Shown piece by piece: positions 29,196 through 47,110 of a stretch of 64,000 nt of DNA. Within the stretch, counting starts at the first letter, position 1. Each line of letters starts with the position of its first letter. The translations under genes were made by a program, and so were the position numbers. The DNA comes from the human T2T-CHM13v2.0 reference genome, Homo sapiens, in the NCBI GenBank assembly GCA_009914755.4, contig CP068257.2:9600001-9664000 (forward strand). Direction: 5' to 3'. A model generated the notes under the pieces. It had not been told where the DNA came from and did no database searches. It saw only the letters and a list, made by a program, of their open reading frames with translations.

Positions 29196-31049
29196 CATAG
29201 AAAAATGAAATAATATTATAAGATATCCTGAAATATATATAATATGTTAGTTCCTAACATTGTTTTAAAAGTTACTTGTTTAACCAATCAAAGAAGAAAC
29301 AACTTAAACAGACTTTACAAAAATTCATCAGATTTAATAAAGTTGTCTATTCGAAGATAGGGACTTTTTTCTTTTTTAAAAATTAAATGAGAAAGCAACT
29401 ATTGGCAAATTCAAATTCCTTTCTTATCAAAATATATATTTTGAATTTTTATTGTTTAAAACAATATAGAATTTGAATTAATAGCTTAGTAAGGAAATGT
29501 CTTTCCTCAAGACTACAATGTGCTATCTTGCATACAAAATTACCAAATAAACACAGTGGCTGCTGATAAATTTTTACCTAATTATTCAATATGTTTCCCT
29601 TGAAAAATGAATGATTAAATGAATTAAACAACAGTTAAACAATTAGATTCAGTATGAATATTATGTGCATACTGTACATACTTTTGTATTTTCAAGGTCA
29701 ATCATTGCATAGAAAGAAATTAATTTTTTTAAGAAGTTAAAAATATAGTACTTAATCTTGAATAAATTTGTTAACAACTAGGGCACATTAAAATATGCCT
29801 GAAAGGTAGTAAAATTACATTTTAACATTTATACAAGAGGTTGTCTAGAATATTACAAAAGAAAAATAACCTAAAAATAAAAACTTTCCCAAAACAAAGA
29901 CTCAAAAGCAGCCCAAAACTGTTACAACAATAAAAATAATGCTACAATATTTGTTTCTATTTTAATTGAAAAAAGGAAAGGCAGATTTAGTTATTACTCT
30001 AAATAGATACTTTATTGTTGATTTTTCTAGATTTAATAGATTCAATAGTTTGAACTTAAAACCGTATTTCTCAATTTTACTCTAATTTTCTAACCTCAAA
30101 CTTAAAACACATCATTTCCCTCTTTATTTTCCCACCAACCACACACACTAGCCACGTCATTCTATTTGTATTTACCTCATTCTTTTTCACATACTCTTTG
30201 TGTGTGATTCTGCTTTACCATTTTTTAGAATATCTTTTCTCAATTTTTCACCTATGTTAAATATTGTTTTAATATATAGCGTATTAATAGAAAAGCTAAG
30301 GTATAGTAAAGCAAACAGATCAGAAGACAATTGCCATTGAAAAGATACTCACAATTTCCAAGAGAAGGGAGCATGTCACACCAGGGGAGACTACAGGGAA
30401 GAACTCAGGTCCATCAGGAAACAGAGAGAGGGAGGAATTCAGGAGCAAGACCCTAGACTGTGGTGTTTGCAGGAAGAAACCAAGCAGGGTAAACAAGCTT
30501 AGGACTGGCTCATTTGAATAATTTCAGTGGGCTCTGGGGCATAAGAGCTGTCTCTGGTTCTCTGGTTTTTGGCCCTAGCGTGATTAGGACAGAAGCACAG
30601 TGGCCTGGAGTGTGACAGCCCTATAGAGTATGAGTTTGGGAATTGGTTAGTTTGTATTTGTAAAGCCCATCTTCATGAGGAGTTCAGGGGAGACTTCGTA
30701 GCCAGAAGCTGAGGCAAGGTGACTCCAGCATACTATCCATCTTCAAGAACAAGATGTGTCTGAATTGCTGTATGTTATAAAGTTTCGATGTCTAATAGAG
30801 TAAATCTTTCATCCTGTTGGTTCTCTTTGATTTAATTTGCTTTTTTCTCTCTCTCTCTAAGTCCTGTTCTCGGAATAATCCAATCTGATATGTGTGTCAC
30901 TATTCCAAGGAATGAGTAAATCACACTTTATTTTTCTGCTTCTTGTGAACATTAATTTGTTCAGTTTTCTGAAATTTTAAATGCTATTGTGATTTTTTTA
31001 AATTGACAATGCTACTTTGCTTATTGTGTACTTGTCACCAGAAATGCAA

Positions 31050-31210
31050 GAGCTAAGATGTCTCTGGAAATGGAATTCCTGGGTCACAGGGTTGGCACAT
31101 GATCAACATTATTAGATAATGTTAAATTGTTGTACAATGTAATCACATTAATTTGTATGCCAATAGTAGTATATAAAAGTTTGAATTGCCCTACATCCAA
31201 ACTCACACAA
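31050..31210 (-). mobile_element. Old LINE-1 (L1M-like) internal fragment, antisense
   Basis: 'ctggaaatggaattcctgggtcacagggttggcacatgatcaacattattagataatgttaaattgttgtacaatgtaatcacattaatttgtatgcc' resembles the L1 antisense block 'ggaattgctgggtcaaatggtat...ccaaattgttttccaaagtggttgtaccaatttacactcccacc'. It is highly diverged. Confidence 0.4.
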
Positions 31211-31256
31211 AAATAAATGCAGTCTAAAAATTTATAATGTGATGTATATGAAATTA

Positions 31257-31647
<391 letters not shown>

Positions 31648-32469
31648 TTAAAAAGTCTGCTTATGTATTTTCCTATTTTAATTTTTATGTCTTTTTCTAA
31701 ATCCTTAACAGAGATTAATTGTATCGTGAATTTTACTAGATTGTTATGTACTTGCAAATGTTGCCATGCTCTTTATGATGATTTTTCATTTTACCAATGG
31801 TGATTTAGAAGGAACAGATACTCTTGATATGAGTGGGACCAAACTTACAAATCATCTTGCTCCAGTCAGTTTTTGTGCTGGTTTGAAAATTTTTTTCATA
31901 CTCTGAGATTCAGGCTAAATTGCTTTTAAAATTTTAAAGCTTTGTGTTTCAAATTTATATTCTTGATGAGATGTATAGAGTGAGAATGAGATACATTGTC
32001 TTTTTATTATAAACAATCTTGCTTTAGTAGCTACTGAAGTTTACTTTTGAAATTGTATTTCTTAAATATTTCTGTTAATTATAGAAAATTGATTTTGTAT
32101 TCTATTTTATATCCATTAACTTTGCTCATTTAGTAATTCTAATCATCCTAGGCATTCTTCACAATGCATTGTAAGATAATGTATACATTTCATAGGATGA
32201 CAATTTTTAGGTACACTTAATGGGATGGGACTATAGATTATTGGGATTTTCTTTAATAATAGTTTAATAATAGTTTAAAATTGGTAAACTATTTTTAAGG
32301 GGAAGTTGTTAACAATCACTTTCTACAATATGTGACTCTCTCTTCAAAGAGTAAATCAGAGACAAATCTTTTTTTTCAAATTTCTTTTTTTGAAAATCAA
32401 TAATAATGACCCTATTTTTTAGTTTGAATGGATTCTCATTAATTTAAAATGCAAATATTTTGGACTAAA

Positions 32470-32880
32470 TGTTTGTGTCCCTCCCACCCCAAATTTAAAT
32501 TTTGAAGCCCTAATCCCCAGTATTATGGTTTTGGAGATGTGGGCCTTTGGAGGTCAAAAGGTTGAGATGAAACCATGAGGATGGAGTCCTCATGATGGAA
32601 TTAGTGAATTTATTATAAAAGACACAGAAGAGCACTTTCTTGTACACTTCCTTTGTCTCTGTCTCTCTGTGTGTTTCTCTATCTCTCTTCCCTGTGGGAA
32701 CACAACAAAAGGTATCTGTGTGACAAGCATGAAGAATACCCTCAGCAGAAACTGACTATGTGTATGCTGATCGTGTACTTCTTAGCCTCCAAACTATGTG
32801 GAAAAAAATTTGTTGTATAAGACACCAAGTTTATTGCATTTTGTTACGGCAGCCTGAGCAGTCTAACAAGAAAGCAATAA
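32470..32880 (+). mobile_element. MaLR solo LTR, MLT1-like
   Basis: The 5' end 'tgtgtccctcccaccccaaatt.aaattttgaagccctaatccccag..tatggttttggagatgtgggcctttggaggtcaaaaggttgagatgaaaccatgaggatggagtcctcatgatggaattagtg..tttataaaagacacagaagag' and the 3' end '...agcctccaaactatgtggaaaaaaatttgttgtataagacaccaagtttattgcattttgttacggcagcc' match the MLT1 termini I recall: 'ccagcctccagaactgtgagaaataaatttctgttgtttaagccacccagtctatggtattttgttatagcagcc'. Confidence 0.6.
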
Positions 32881-33639
32881 AAAGTATAAGTAATTAAGAT
32901 GAAACTAAATTTATCATCCAAATTCTCACCATAAAGAAATAACCATTTTCAAAATATGTAGAACAAGATTTCACATATTTTCCTAAAGTTTATGGACAGA
33001 GATAATTGATAAAGATTTTATACAAATTGACTATTAAGAAACGATTGTATTTAATTATAACAGAAGATAAAAATAATTTTGTATAGAGAAACTGATTAAC
33101 GTTTATGCATATTTGTTCCTAAAGTACATTCAAAGTTAAGAGAACAGATTATAAAATCATAAGTTAGAGTTCTTATAGTATAGGTTTCTTACAAGAAGGG
33201 AAGAAAGCAAAATAAATTTAACACAACTAAAGCAGATCTTGCAGAATGTGATTTATATATGGACATGAGTCAGCTTCCTAAACTTGAATCTCAGTGTTAT
33301 ATAGATGAACCCACTCAGACAGAAACAACGTTGAACTAGAACAGAACTCCTTTGACAGGCAATGCACATGTTTTTAGGAGAGCAGACTGTAAGCTTTCTC
33401 TGAGCCTCCGAGAGGCAGAAGGTAAGAATGATTCTGGGTTATGCATCCTCAAGTTTTTGTTTAAACTCTCTGAATAAGTACCTCATTCCATTTTGCTGGG
33501 GCAAAGTGAGTGGATGGGGAAAGCAGGCCAAGGGCATTATGTGAATGGGTCACTTCAAAGGGAAAAACATATCTGAAACATGGTAGAAGCACCCCATAAC
33601 TACTTTTTCATGCCTTTGGCCTATTGGACTTAACCATTA

Positions 33640-37140
<3,501 letters not shown>

Positions 37141-38009
37141 TACACTGTTTCATTGCTCTAGATTTCTTTTTGTCTCCATTTAATTATGGAGAGACTTGCA
37201 GAGACAGAAATGACTGTCACATGTTCTTATACACATAAAGCCCTAGAAACAGGAGCCACAGCACATCATGCACTGGGGCCATATGGGGAAGTACCAGAGT
37301 CAGTGAAGGCAAAAGGAGCAAAACTAAAGCATGAGCCAGAGCCTTTAATATGGTTTTCCTTGGAAGGAATGAGTGAGACAGTGTAAGCAGCTGAGCAGGT
37401 TTAAGACTGGGTAGTGTGAGTACTTTTTGTGTAATTTAGTCCCTAGTGTTCCAGCACCTGATTCTGGGGTGACGAAAGCAGAGGGATAATGTCCCAGACC
37501 ACAGGAGCCATATAATAAGAGTCAAGTGAGGGTGTGGATTCTGGATTGGTTGGTTTGCATATAAATAACATGCTCATAGGCAAGTTGTTTAGTATTTCTA
37601 GAAATTAGCTAACCCTAGGAGGAGCACTCTGTCTTGAAACCTATATGGTCTCAAGATGTCAAAGCAAAACAAAAACAATAACCATGATTAATACAGCAAG
37701 ACGGAATAAGCTATATATTGCCTTAAGGAAGAAGTTACTTGGCTCTCTATGGCTGATCGTCATAACCTGTAAGATTTCTTCTCTTGACTTGAGTTGGACA
37801 ACTGGGGTTTTATTTCTGAAGCATTTTATAGGAACTACTCATTGTTCTTGTTTTTGTCATATTAGTCATGATGCTGGCCAATTGCATTCAACTCAGTCTT
37901 AACTTCCTTTTTATAGCAGCCCTCTCACCAGAAGATTGCCCTTACTACAAAACTGCAAAAAGTTCAAGAACATCTCATAATATGGTTGACAATAGAGACA
38001 ATTAAACAG

Positions 38010-38530
38010 TCTCTAAGTTGTGAAGATCTGAATCTCTAAACTTCCCTGAATTGGCTTGGCCAATGCCTCAAGCTAGTTAATGACAAAATGGGAGGAGGGG
38101 TAGCCAGACCATATATAAGAATAGAGCTCTGACCCACATCTTTGTAGCAACCAGCCTGGGAAGCCAAACCACAGCCTCTGCATCAACCAGCCCCAAATGA
38201 ATAGGATTTAGTTAATGATTGCCAGGTTCCCTATTTTTGCCTCAGCTGCCAACTCAGGACCCATCAGAGAAAGTCAAGTATGCTTTCTGACTGATCACAT
38301 AAGATGCTCCATTTCCCCTTATTTATTTAGTCCATCTTCAGCTTCCCCATACAACCTTAAAGCAGAGCATATCCAAAAGCTTTCCTTTTCCAAGTACAAA
38401 ACTTTCCTATTCCTCAGCCTTTCTTTGAGTCACTGCAAAACATATATGATGACAGCTGACTTTCTTGTTATAAAAAGTCTGAATAAATATAGATTCTCTC
38501 TGTTATTATTAGGTGTTATTTATTTCCACA
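38010..38530 (+). mobile_element. Putative solo LTR of an ERV (family unassigned) with CCAAT and TATA motifs and a polyadenylation signal
   Basis: 'tgtgaagatctgaatc...ggccaatgcctcaagctagttaatgacaaaatgggaggaggggtagccagaccatatataagaatagagctctgacc...' followed about 400 bp later by 'aaaagtctgaataaatatagattctctctgttattattagg'. This is a U3-R-U5-like layout. Confidence 0.3.
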
Positions 38531-39304
38531 ACCTACAAAAAATCTTCAGGCAGGGTACTATTTAAAGGTGCAATATTGAAAAATTCCACATAAAATCAGG
38601 AAAAAAGAAAGAATGTTCATCTCACTGCTATTCTTCTACACATTACTGTAAGCACTAACCATTATAAAAAGAAGAAAAATAAAGGGCATAATGATTGAAT
38701 AGGAAAAACAAAATTGTCTTTACTTGAAAATGAGATGATTATGGGAAAAAACTAAGGAATACATTTCAAAAGCTACTAGAAATAAATAATATATATATAT
38801 GAAATTTATAGCAAACAAGGTTAATATATAAAAGTGCATGTTGAGTGTTCCTTATCCAGATATCTGAAATCTGAAATGCTCTAAAAGCTGAAACTTTTTG
38901 AGAGCTGACGTGATGCTCAAGGAAATGTTCACTTAAGCATTACAGATTTTGGATTTCTGGATTAGCACTACTGAATTTGTAAGTATAATGTAAATATTCT
39001 GAAATCTGAAAATAATTTGAAATCTGAAATACCTCTGGTCCCAAGCATTTTTTAACTCACTATATGTGCTCATTTTTTTTAACAAATACCTATTAAGCAG
39101 ACACTATGAAGAAAAACTGTGCAAACATTGGAAATACATAAGTAAGCAAGGCAGAAGGGCCTCTTGTATTAAAAATAAATGAAGGAGGACACTAGTTAAA
39201 GTGGTAAGGAGAGATTTTAATCATTTAATAATAATGATTGCAACATGGAACATGGAAAAGAGTGCAGCATGAGTTGAATTCAACTTCAATTTGTATATTG
39301 GCAA

Positions 39305-39600
39305 CTGATTGTTTTATTTTATTTTAGATTCTAGGGGTACATCTGAACGTTTGTCACATGGGTATACTGTGTGATGCTGAATATTGAACTTCTAATGATC
39401 TCATCGCCCATGTAGTGAACATAAGACCCAATAGACAGTTTTTCAACAGTTGGCCAGCTCCCTCTCTCTTCTCTTTTGGAATCTCCAGTGTTTATGGTTC
39501 CCATCTTTGTGTTTTTGGGTACCAAATGTTTACCTCCTACTTATAAGTGAAAACGTGGTATTTAGTTTGCTGTTTTTGCGTTAATTCGACAAGCATTTTG
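39305..39600 (-). mobile_element. LINE-1 (older primate L1P) extreme 3'-end fragment, antisense
   Basis: 'ttttattttattttagattctaggggtacatctgaacgtttgtcacatgggtatactgtgtgatgctgaa...cccatgtagtgaacataagacccaatagacagtttttcaac...ccagtgtttatggttcccatctttgtgtttttgggtaccaaatgtttacctcctacttataagtgaaaacgtggtatttagttt' is the reverse complement of the L1P 3'UTR: 'gggtacatgtgcaggtttgttacatgggtatattgtgtgatgctgag...cttataagtgagaacatgcggtatttggttttc'. Confidence 0.8.
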
Positions 39601-40204
39601 GATAAGCAGTTCTTAACCGGTAAAATGTGTTGTTGCATACTAATAATGAATCATTAAAACATGATAATAAATTCTATTCACAATAGAATAATCACAAGCA
39701 TATAATTCTTAGGAATAAAGGCAACAAAATATGCGTAGGACTTTTATCTAGAAGCTAAAAATATTATTGAGAAATTTTAAGAAAAAATAGAAAATGTAGA
39801 TCTATACATGTTCTTATTGATATGTTATTTATATTAAGATATCCATCCACCTTATATTGATCTACAAATGTGTTTCAACTCTGATGAAAATCACATCAGA
39901 TTTTACTGCAAAATAAAAATAAACAATGTGATGTCAAGATGTATATATATATGCAGAAATACAAAGGAACATAGGTAATTTAACCAATCTTGGAAAAGAA
40001 TATAATCAAAGAAGTAACATTAAATTATGTTAAGATTTTTAAAGCTGCATGTTAAAAAATGGAGCATCCATAAATATGTTCATGTTTAACGTAGATGATG
40101 AACTGATTTTCTATGAAGACAAAGGACAATAGAAAACACATATTTTTACAACAAATCTGAAACAACTAGATAAATTTATGAAAATCAAATTAATTTTTTT
40201 ATTT

Positions 40205-40340
40205 CTAACTTTTTCTGTTGCCCAGGCTGGAGTGGTGCAATCATAGCTCACTGCAGCGTGGAACTCCTGGGCTCAAGAAATCCTCCTTCTTCAGTCTCCT
40301 AATGCACTGGGGTTACAAATGTGAGTCATCATGCTTAGCC
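40205..40340 (-). mobile_element. Free right Alu monomer (FRAM-like) or truncated old Alu right arm
   Basis: 'tctgttgcccaggctggagtggtgcaatcatagctcactgcagcgtggaactcctgggctcaagaaatcctcc...cagtctcctaatgcactggggttacaaatgtgagtcatcatgcttagcc' is the reverse complement of the Alu right monomer. A short T-run precedes it. No left monomer follows. Confidence 0.6.
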
Positions 40341-43300
40341 TAACGTCAATGTTTATCCCATATCATTTACAAATTTGTGATGAATCCAATTTGAGATGCT
40401 CATAAACATAAATATGAAACATAAATATAAAAACTAATACTATAAATCATATAAGAGAACAATCTTGCATCTCAGGGAGGCAAAATATTACATCTTTAGG
40501 GAGGCAAAAATATTTCAGACAAAACAAACAGAAAATGTAGCCGTAAAGGAAAAAATTATATAAATAGGGCTTCCTCAAAATAAGATTTTCTACTCATCAA
40601 GAGAAAGCATTGAAAAAAATTAAAAGGCAGGACACAGAATCAGAGGAATTATTTTTAATACATACAAATGACTTAGAAGATCTTAATAAGTAATACTATT
40701 CAGTAATAAAACGTCTAACAGCCTCTCCCCAAATAGGCATGGGTCTTGAATATCTTACAAAGGAAGATATGCAATGTCACATGAACAGGCACTGGACATC
40801 ATTATTCATTAGGAATATGCAAATATACATGACAATGACAGCCATTGCACATTCACTAGAAATTATTTAAAGAAATTTTAAAATACTGACAATACCAAAA
40901 ATTATAGATATGTAGCAACTGGAAGTCGTTTTGTTTCTTAAGAGTGTAAAATGGGGCAAACACTCCAGAGAACAGTTAATTATTTTCTTATAAAGTTTAA
41001 AATATATTTTTCTTTGACCCAGTAAGTTTTTTCTCTGTTATGTACACAAAAGAAATAATAACTGATGCCACGATAAAGATTTATTCAAAACTTATTAGAA
41101 CAGTTTTATTCTTAAAACTAAACCTTGAAACAACCCAAACAACCTTCAATAAAGGAATGGATACACGAATTGTATATATTCATACAGTGGACACTACAGT
41201 ACTCAGAATTAACAACAACAACAACAAATCAGATATTGATGTGTAACAAAATGTCTGGGCCTCTATAAAATATTATATTGAATAAAATAAAAAAGTTGAA
41301 TATCTATTCTTATTATGTTGAACAAATTTAAAAAAAATTACATGGCATAAAGTTCCATTTATATGACATTCCAATAGAGGCAAAACTAATCCATGGTTAT
41401 GAAAATAAGAATGGATTAAAGATTTGATGTGTGAATGAGATTTAAGTGGAAAGGCACGAAGGAATTTTTGAGGTGAGGAAAATGCCTGTAGCTTGAATCA
41501 GTATTGATTATATGGGTCTTTGTATTTGTCCAAAGTTATTGAATTGTAAACTTTAGATCTGTGCATTTCACAGTTTAAAAAAATTTACCTCACCAGTGAA
41601 ACTCTGTCTACCTAAAGTCTGCAGAAAGCATAACTCAAGAATTTAACATAAGGTCCCCTAATCACATGAAGGTAAGAAACAGCCATCTTTTAAACATTTA
41701 AAAAGTCAGGGGAATAAAAATCCAGGAGTTTTTTTTTTTTTTTGAATAACTATTAAACTTATGCCAGTGAAAGAAAATAAAATTAATTTTCACAAAAGTT
41801 GATATACATGACTGAGGATTAAATCTATATTGATATTGTTGAGATTAAAATACAATGCAATTTTAATAAACATTTAAAACATGGACATGGTGTCCCTAAC
41901 AATTTGTTGATAGGGGAGAGGATAATATAAAAATTAATTTTATGAATCCCACATAAGTACTTGTTAAAAACATATGCCTCTGTTCTTTTTATTTAGGAAT
42001 CACTCACAGAAAGCACACATTCTTTGTTTCTGCACTAACTCTGGAATTCAATATTAGAAGGCTCAACTGCCATGAATATAAATCAAGTTCATCTGCATCC
42101 CCTATATCAGACTAAATGTGTTTGTTTCTCAGTATTCTGCTATATTCCTTGTATTAATTTTAATAGAATCAAAACTGAGATATGGAAGAGGATGTTATAT
42201 ATTGAACACCTTTTCTTCCACCTAGCATACCCAATATTTGCCGCATGGGCCAGAAATATAAGAATTAGAAATGCGTCTTTATTTGGGGTCCTTACTTCAC
42301 TCACAATTCTAGATAGTCTTTTAGTTATGACAAAGTCTAAGAATTTTATTTTTAAATAAATTATTATCATATTTTTCTGTTACCATTTTTTGGTTGGTTT
42401 TCCATGCAGTTTGTGCCTACTTCCAGGAGGAAGACACCTACACACATTTACTCTTCTCTACTTTCTTTACAAATTTGAATATGAAAAAGAGAGCCAGGAA
42501 TTGCCAAAAGCTGGTTACTCCAAGACCCTAGGCATTCTGTCAAAATCTAACTTGGATGATCATGTAAAATACTCATCATTTTATTAATATCAGTATGTTC
42601 ATTCAAATGGTAACAAGATTTTCACTTGATTTCTAAATCACTGATCTTAAGTGAAAAATATCAAAATAGAGGACTTCACAAATATTATTGTTTAGAACAT
42701 CCTCACTTTAAACAATCAAAAGTTATTTTTAATGTTGAATCAATCATACTCTGACCTTCTCCATAGGAAAGGAAAATGTAAATATCCCAGACAGCAGAGA
42801 GCAAACTGTCATAAAAATAAAACTGTACTTTCAAATAGCTGTAGTCCACAGCACAGCTCTAACCCAAATTGTCATTTCAGCTGCTTCACATTATTAGAAA
42901 ATACTTACCTTCTAGCTTTGAACATGAAAGAAAAGTACTCTTAGTCTATCAGCTTCCCTAACTAGGAGATTCATGTATTTGTTGGGGTCATATAAAGAAA
43001 CTGATAGTGCAATTTAATAAGGATAATGCAGAGAGGGTTTGGAGATTCTTTGCAAAGCTGTTGAAGGGATGAGAAAGAACACAAGAGACTGCAGTAACCT
43101 TTGGTTAGAGTGATTTTTATCACCCCTAGTTTGAAAGGGCCAGTGGCAAAGCAAGTTTACTAACTTTAGGATAAAGTAGACTCATCAGGAAAAGAGCAAC
43201 CACCTAAGCTTAAGGGACAAAGCCAATCACCCGTGGGAAGCCAGTGTTAAAAATACTTGATCTTGCTCTCTGCTTTCCTGAGAATACAAATCATTCACTT

Positions 43301-46269
43301 TAACTCATTGAATTCACTCAGCAGTCAGAAGAAAAGGAAGCCTCTTGTTGGAATTCATACTAAGAAGATCAGAAAGTGTAGTGGAAAAGAGAGGACTAGA
43401 ACTGCAGGTGCAAGTAGAAGTCGGTGTCCAAAAAGAAGTGTATTTGTATTGTTCATTTGACCTCATTTATTTTAGTATGCAAGCGTGTGCTTAAAAATAT
43501 TTCAGCCTTCTTTTTACTATATATGCAACTCATCATCATTTATTGAGAGATTATATATCCATCATTACTTCAATGATCTCATTTTTAGCTTTCCTCTTCT
43601 TTATTAATGGATGCAGTAACTTCTGGCATTCCCCTGAGAATATTAATTCTACTTATTTGGAAGTACTCTTTTTATTGCTCTCTGCTGTCTTTCTTTTGTA
43701 TTTTATACATCTTTCATTTGCTTTATGTTATTTTAAATCTTACCCTATGCACTTACAATGATGGCACTTCTCTGAATGACTGTTGATTTTCTTCCTTTCT
43801 TTCTTTTTTTCATGTTGTCTACATTTTTTTTTCAAGGTGAGTTTCTGCTAGACTGTTATTACTGAGCAATCCTTTGGTGGAGAAGGAGGTTCATGCTGCT
43901 ACAGGCCACAATTTGCCTCATTTGCAGTCAGATCAGGCTTTTTGTCAGAGAGAGGACATGCCCATTAGGCAATATGTATTCAGATATTTCCAACTGATCG
44001 CTGCCTTTTCTTTCTGATTCAAATTCCCATTCTCAATATATTTACCTAATGTATGCCTCCCTTTTGCCTTTTTAAGCAAGACTAAAAAATCAATACCCTT
44101 GAAAAAAATTGATTAATTTGGCTAACTTAAATTTAAAGTCTTCACTTCTAGCAAAATAGTTTTACTACATGTTTTTTACTATGAGAAAATATGTAAACTA
44201 TGTATACCAAAGCAAATCTATAAATAATTTAGAAAAATAAAAATATTTCGATAGAAAAGTGGGAAAATGTAAAAATAGGTACTTACTGGAAGAATCAAGA
44301 GATTAGTTCTAAAGACCTTAATTATTTGTTTAAACTAATTTAATTAAAATTTTAAAAATAATTAAATTTTTCAATAATCAAGTAAAACAAATTAAACTTA
44401 AACAATAGAACCTTTTATTTTGAGATGCAAAAGCATGAATCAAAGACATCTGTAAAGCTTAAATGTATTCAGATTGTAAAGCTAACCCATGTAAACCAAA
44501 CTAGGCCAGGAATTAGACTATATTAGTGCCCCAGACTCCCCCAAGTGTCCCTTCCTAAAAGAAGCTCCTCTCACCCTAAGTTTTATGTATAATTTTTTTG
44601 CTGTGCTTCAAAAAGGTATAGCATGTATGCATCTCTGAACAACATACCTTAGTTTTTTTTGGCCTGCTTTGATAATTACTATGAAATCCTCTTTCTGTAT
44701 TATTTTGTGCCACACTCCTTTTGTTCAACATATGTTTATGAGTGACAGCCCTGTTGTTGCAAGCGGTTGTAATTTATTTATTTTCACTGCTCTATAATAT
44801 TTGATTGTTTATATAGATGAGAATTTTCTATTTTATTCCTTATATACATTTGTGTTATTTTAAAGTTTGGGTGCTTAGGAGCAAAGTCAATATGAAAATA
44901 CTTGGACATATGCTCTCAGAATTATATGCATAAGTTTATCTACAACATATAACTATCCAAGGAATTTTAGGAGCAAACATATGTGGATACTTATTTAATC
45001 ACAGACTAACTTTTTTTCAAATCAGTTGTATCAATTTATACTTCTTCCTGTGGTACCTAAGATTTCATAAAATTATACTTTCAATCCATGGGTTTAGCAA
45101 AATAATTCAAAGTTTAATAATATCAAATTGACATCTATAATTTAAGACCACTTTAGATGAAAATTTTTGATATCTATTAAATTTTACAATGTGAATAACT
45201 TATAAGCACAATTTTCCTTAACTCATCATCTGTCTTACGAAATACTAACATATGTGCAATAAAATGCAATAGGATGTCAATTACAGCTTTTTAAAAATAG
45301 TCAAAAGCCCATTAAATAGATTAAATGTCCACCAATAGAGAAATGGCTAAGTAAATATGACATATCTAAGAGTTAAAGAAATGATAAAGATTAACATGTG
45401 TTGAATCACTAAGATTTCCAATACATATTAAATTGAAAAATAAAAACACATTATTGTGGTTAAAAATACACAAAGTATTAGATTATCAAATCAGACTCAC
45501 ATGCATCGGAGATCTTATGCAAACTTAACTAATAATTTTATGGATAAAAATTATTGTGAGGTACAGGTGGAGCAAGGTAAGGTCAGATAGCACTGTGAGA
45601 ATCCCTGGGTCCTTTCCTCCCACATCAGATATGCTTTGAACAAGGATAATAGATGATGATTCTGAGTAAGATGTGCGGTCATCTCACTTACACAGAGGAG
45701 ATATTTAGATCACAAAATATCTCATTTTGTCTTTAGATGGTCCAGGAAACTATGCCCCATGAGTCAAAGAGATTTAGGTTTTATTATAAACAACCCTAGA
45801 AAAGAAATCACAGCACATACATTCTTCTAAAAGCATTCTGTAGGTAAGATATTCCTCCCTGGAAACTTCTTAGTTTGTTTGCCAAGAGGTTAGCCAGTTA
45901 TATGGTTACCAAAAAACCTGCCTTCTTTGTCTCCAGCATGTTTCTTATTAAAGAGAATGAATGAATTGCAGAACTATTGTTTGCAGATTTACTTTTAAAT
46001 GGTTTATCAGTAAAATATGTGAGAATACATTTTTAAAATGAACTTATGTGATTGCTTTGGAAAATGTCTGGAAATACGCAAACCACACTGATAATAATGG
46101 CCTTCTGGGGGTGAACCAACACACAATAGATTTACTGGTAATCGTTTGATTTTTTCAAAAGTACTACATTCCTGTATAATTTGCATGATTAAAATGTATT
46201 TAATATAATTTCCACCCGTGATAATTTTCTTGTGTATAAATAGGACATTGCTCTTGCTATTAGCAGCTA

Positions 46270-46789
46270 TATACTGTAATATTTCTAGTTGAACCACAGG
46301 GTTTAGCAGACTTCAGCCCATATACTGAACCTGTCCTATTGCCTGTTTTTGTACAACCTGCAGCTAAGAATGTTTTTATATTTTTTGAATAATACAAAAA
46401 TATCAACAGAAGAATAATAGTCCGTAACACAAAATTAACAAAATTTAACATTTGTGTCTATGAATAAAGTTGATAATATTGTAGCCACAGCCATTTGTCT
46501 GCATATTGTCTACTTTCTTGTTACAACAGGGTTTAGCAGTTGTGGCAGAGACTTCTACAATGTTCCCAAAGCCTAAAATATTTACTGTCTTACCCTTTAT
46601 AGAAATAAATACTTTGCTGACACTGTGACTCATAATAATGTTTGCAACTACTTTTTGAATAAGCTCAGAAGTTTACAGACACACACTCCTAAAATATTTG
46701 TTATATTGCTCTTTATGGAAATAATTTGCTTATCCCTGTGAATTATAGTGATGTATACAACTGATTTTTGAATAAGTTAAAAAATTTAG

Positions 46790-46790
<1 letters not shown>
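46270..46790. repeat. Cluster of partial copies of one ancient interspersed repeat (family not confidently named), including an about 110-bp tandem duplication
   Basis: 'acagggtttagcag' recurs at about 46296 and about 46527. 'gccacagccatttgtctgcatattgtctactttcttgttacaacagggtttagcagttgtggcagagacttctacaatgttcccaaagcctaaaatatttactgtcttaccctttatagaaataaatactttgctgacactg' resembles a common human repeat I recall as '...gccacgcccatt.gtttacatattgtctatggctgctttc.cgctacaacggcagagttgagtagttgcgacagagaccgtatggcccgcaaagcctaaaatatttactatctggccctttacagaaaaagtttgccgacccctg'. The units 46577-46670 and 46690-46785 are about 75% identical tandem copies. Confidence 0.45.

Positions 46791-47110
<320 letters not shown>

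Noticed and set aside
38215-38565. 116-aa ORF (+).
   Set aside because: It lies inside the putative LTR block and is S/L/F-rich and low-complexity. I take it as a chance ORF.
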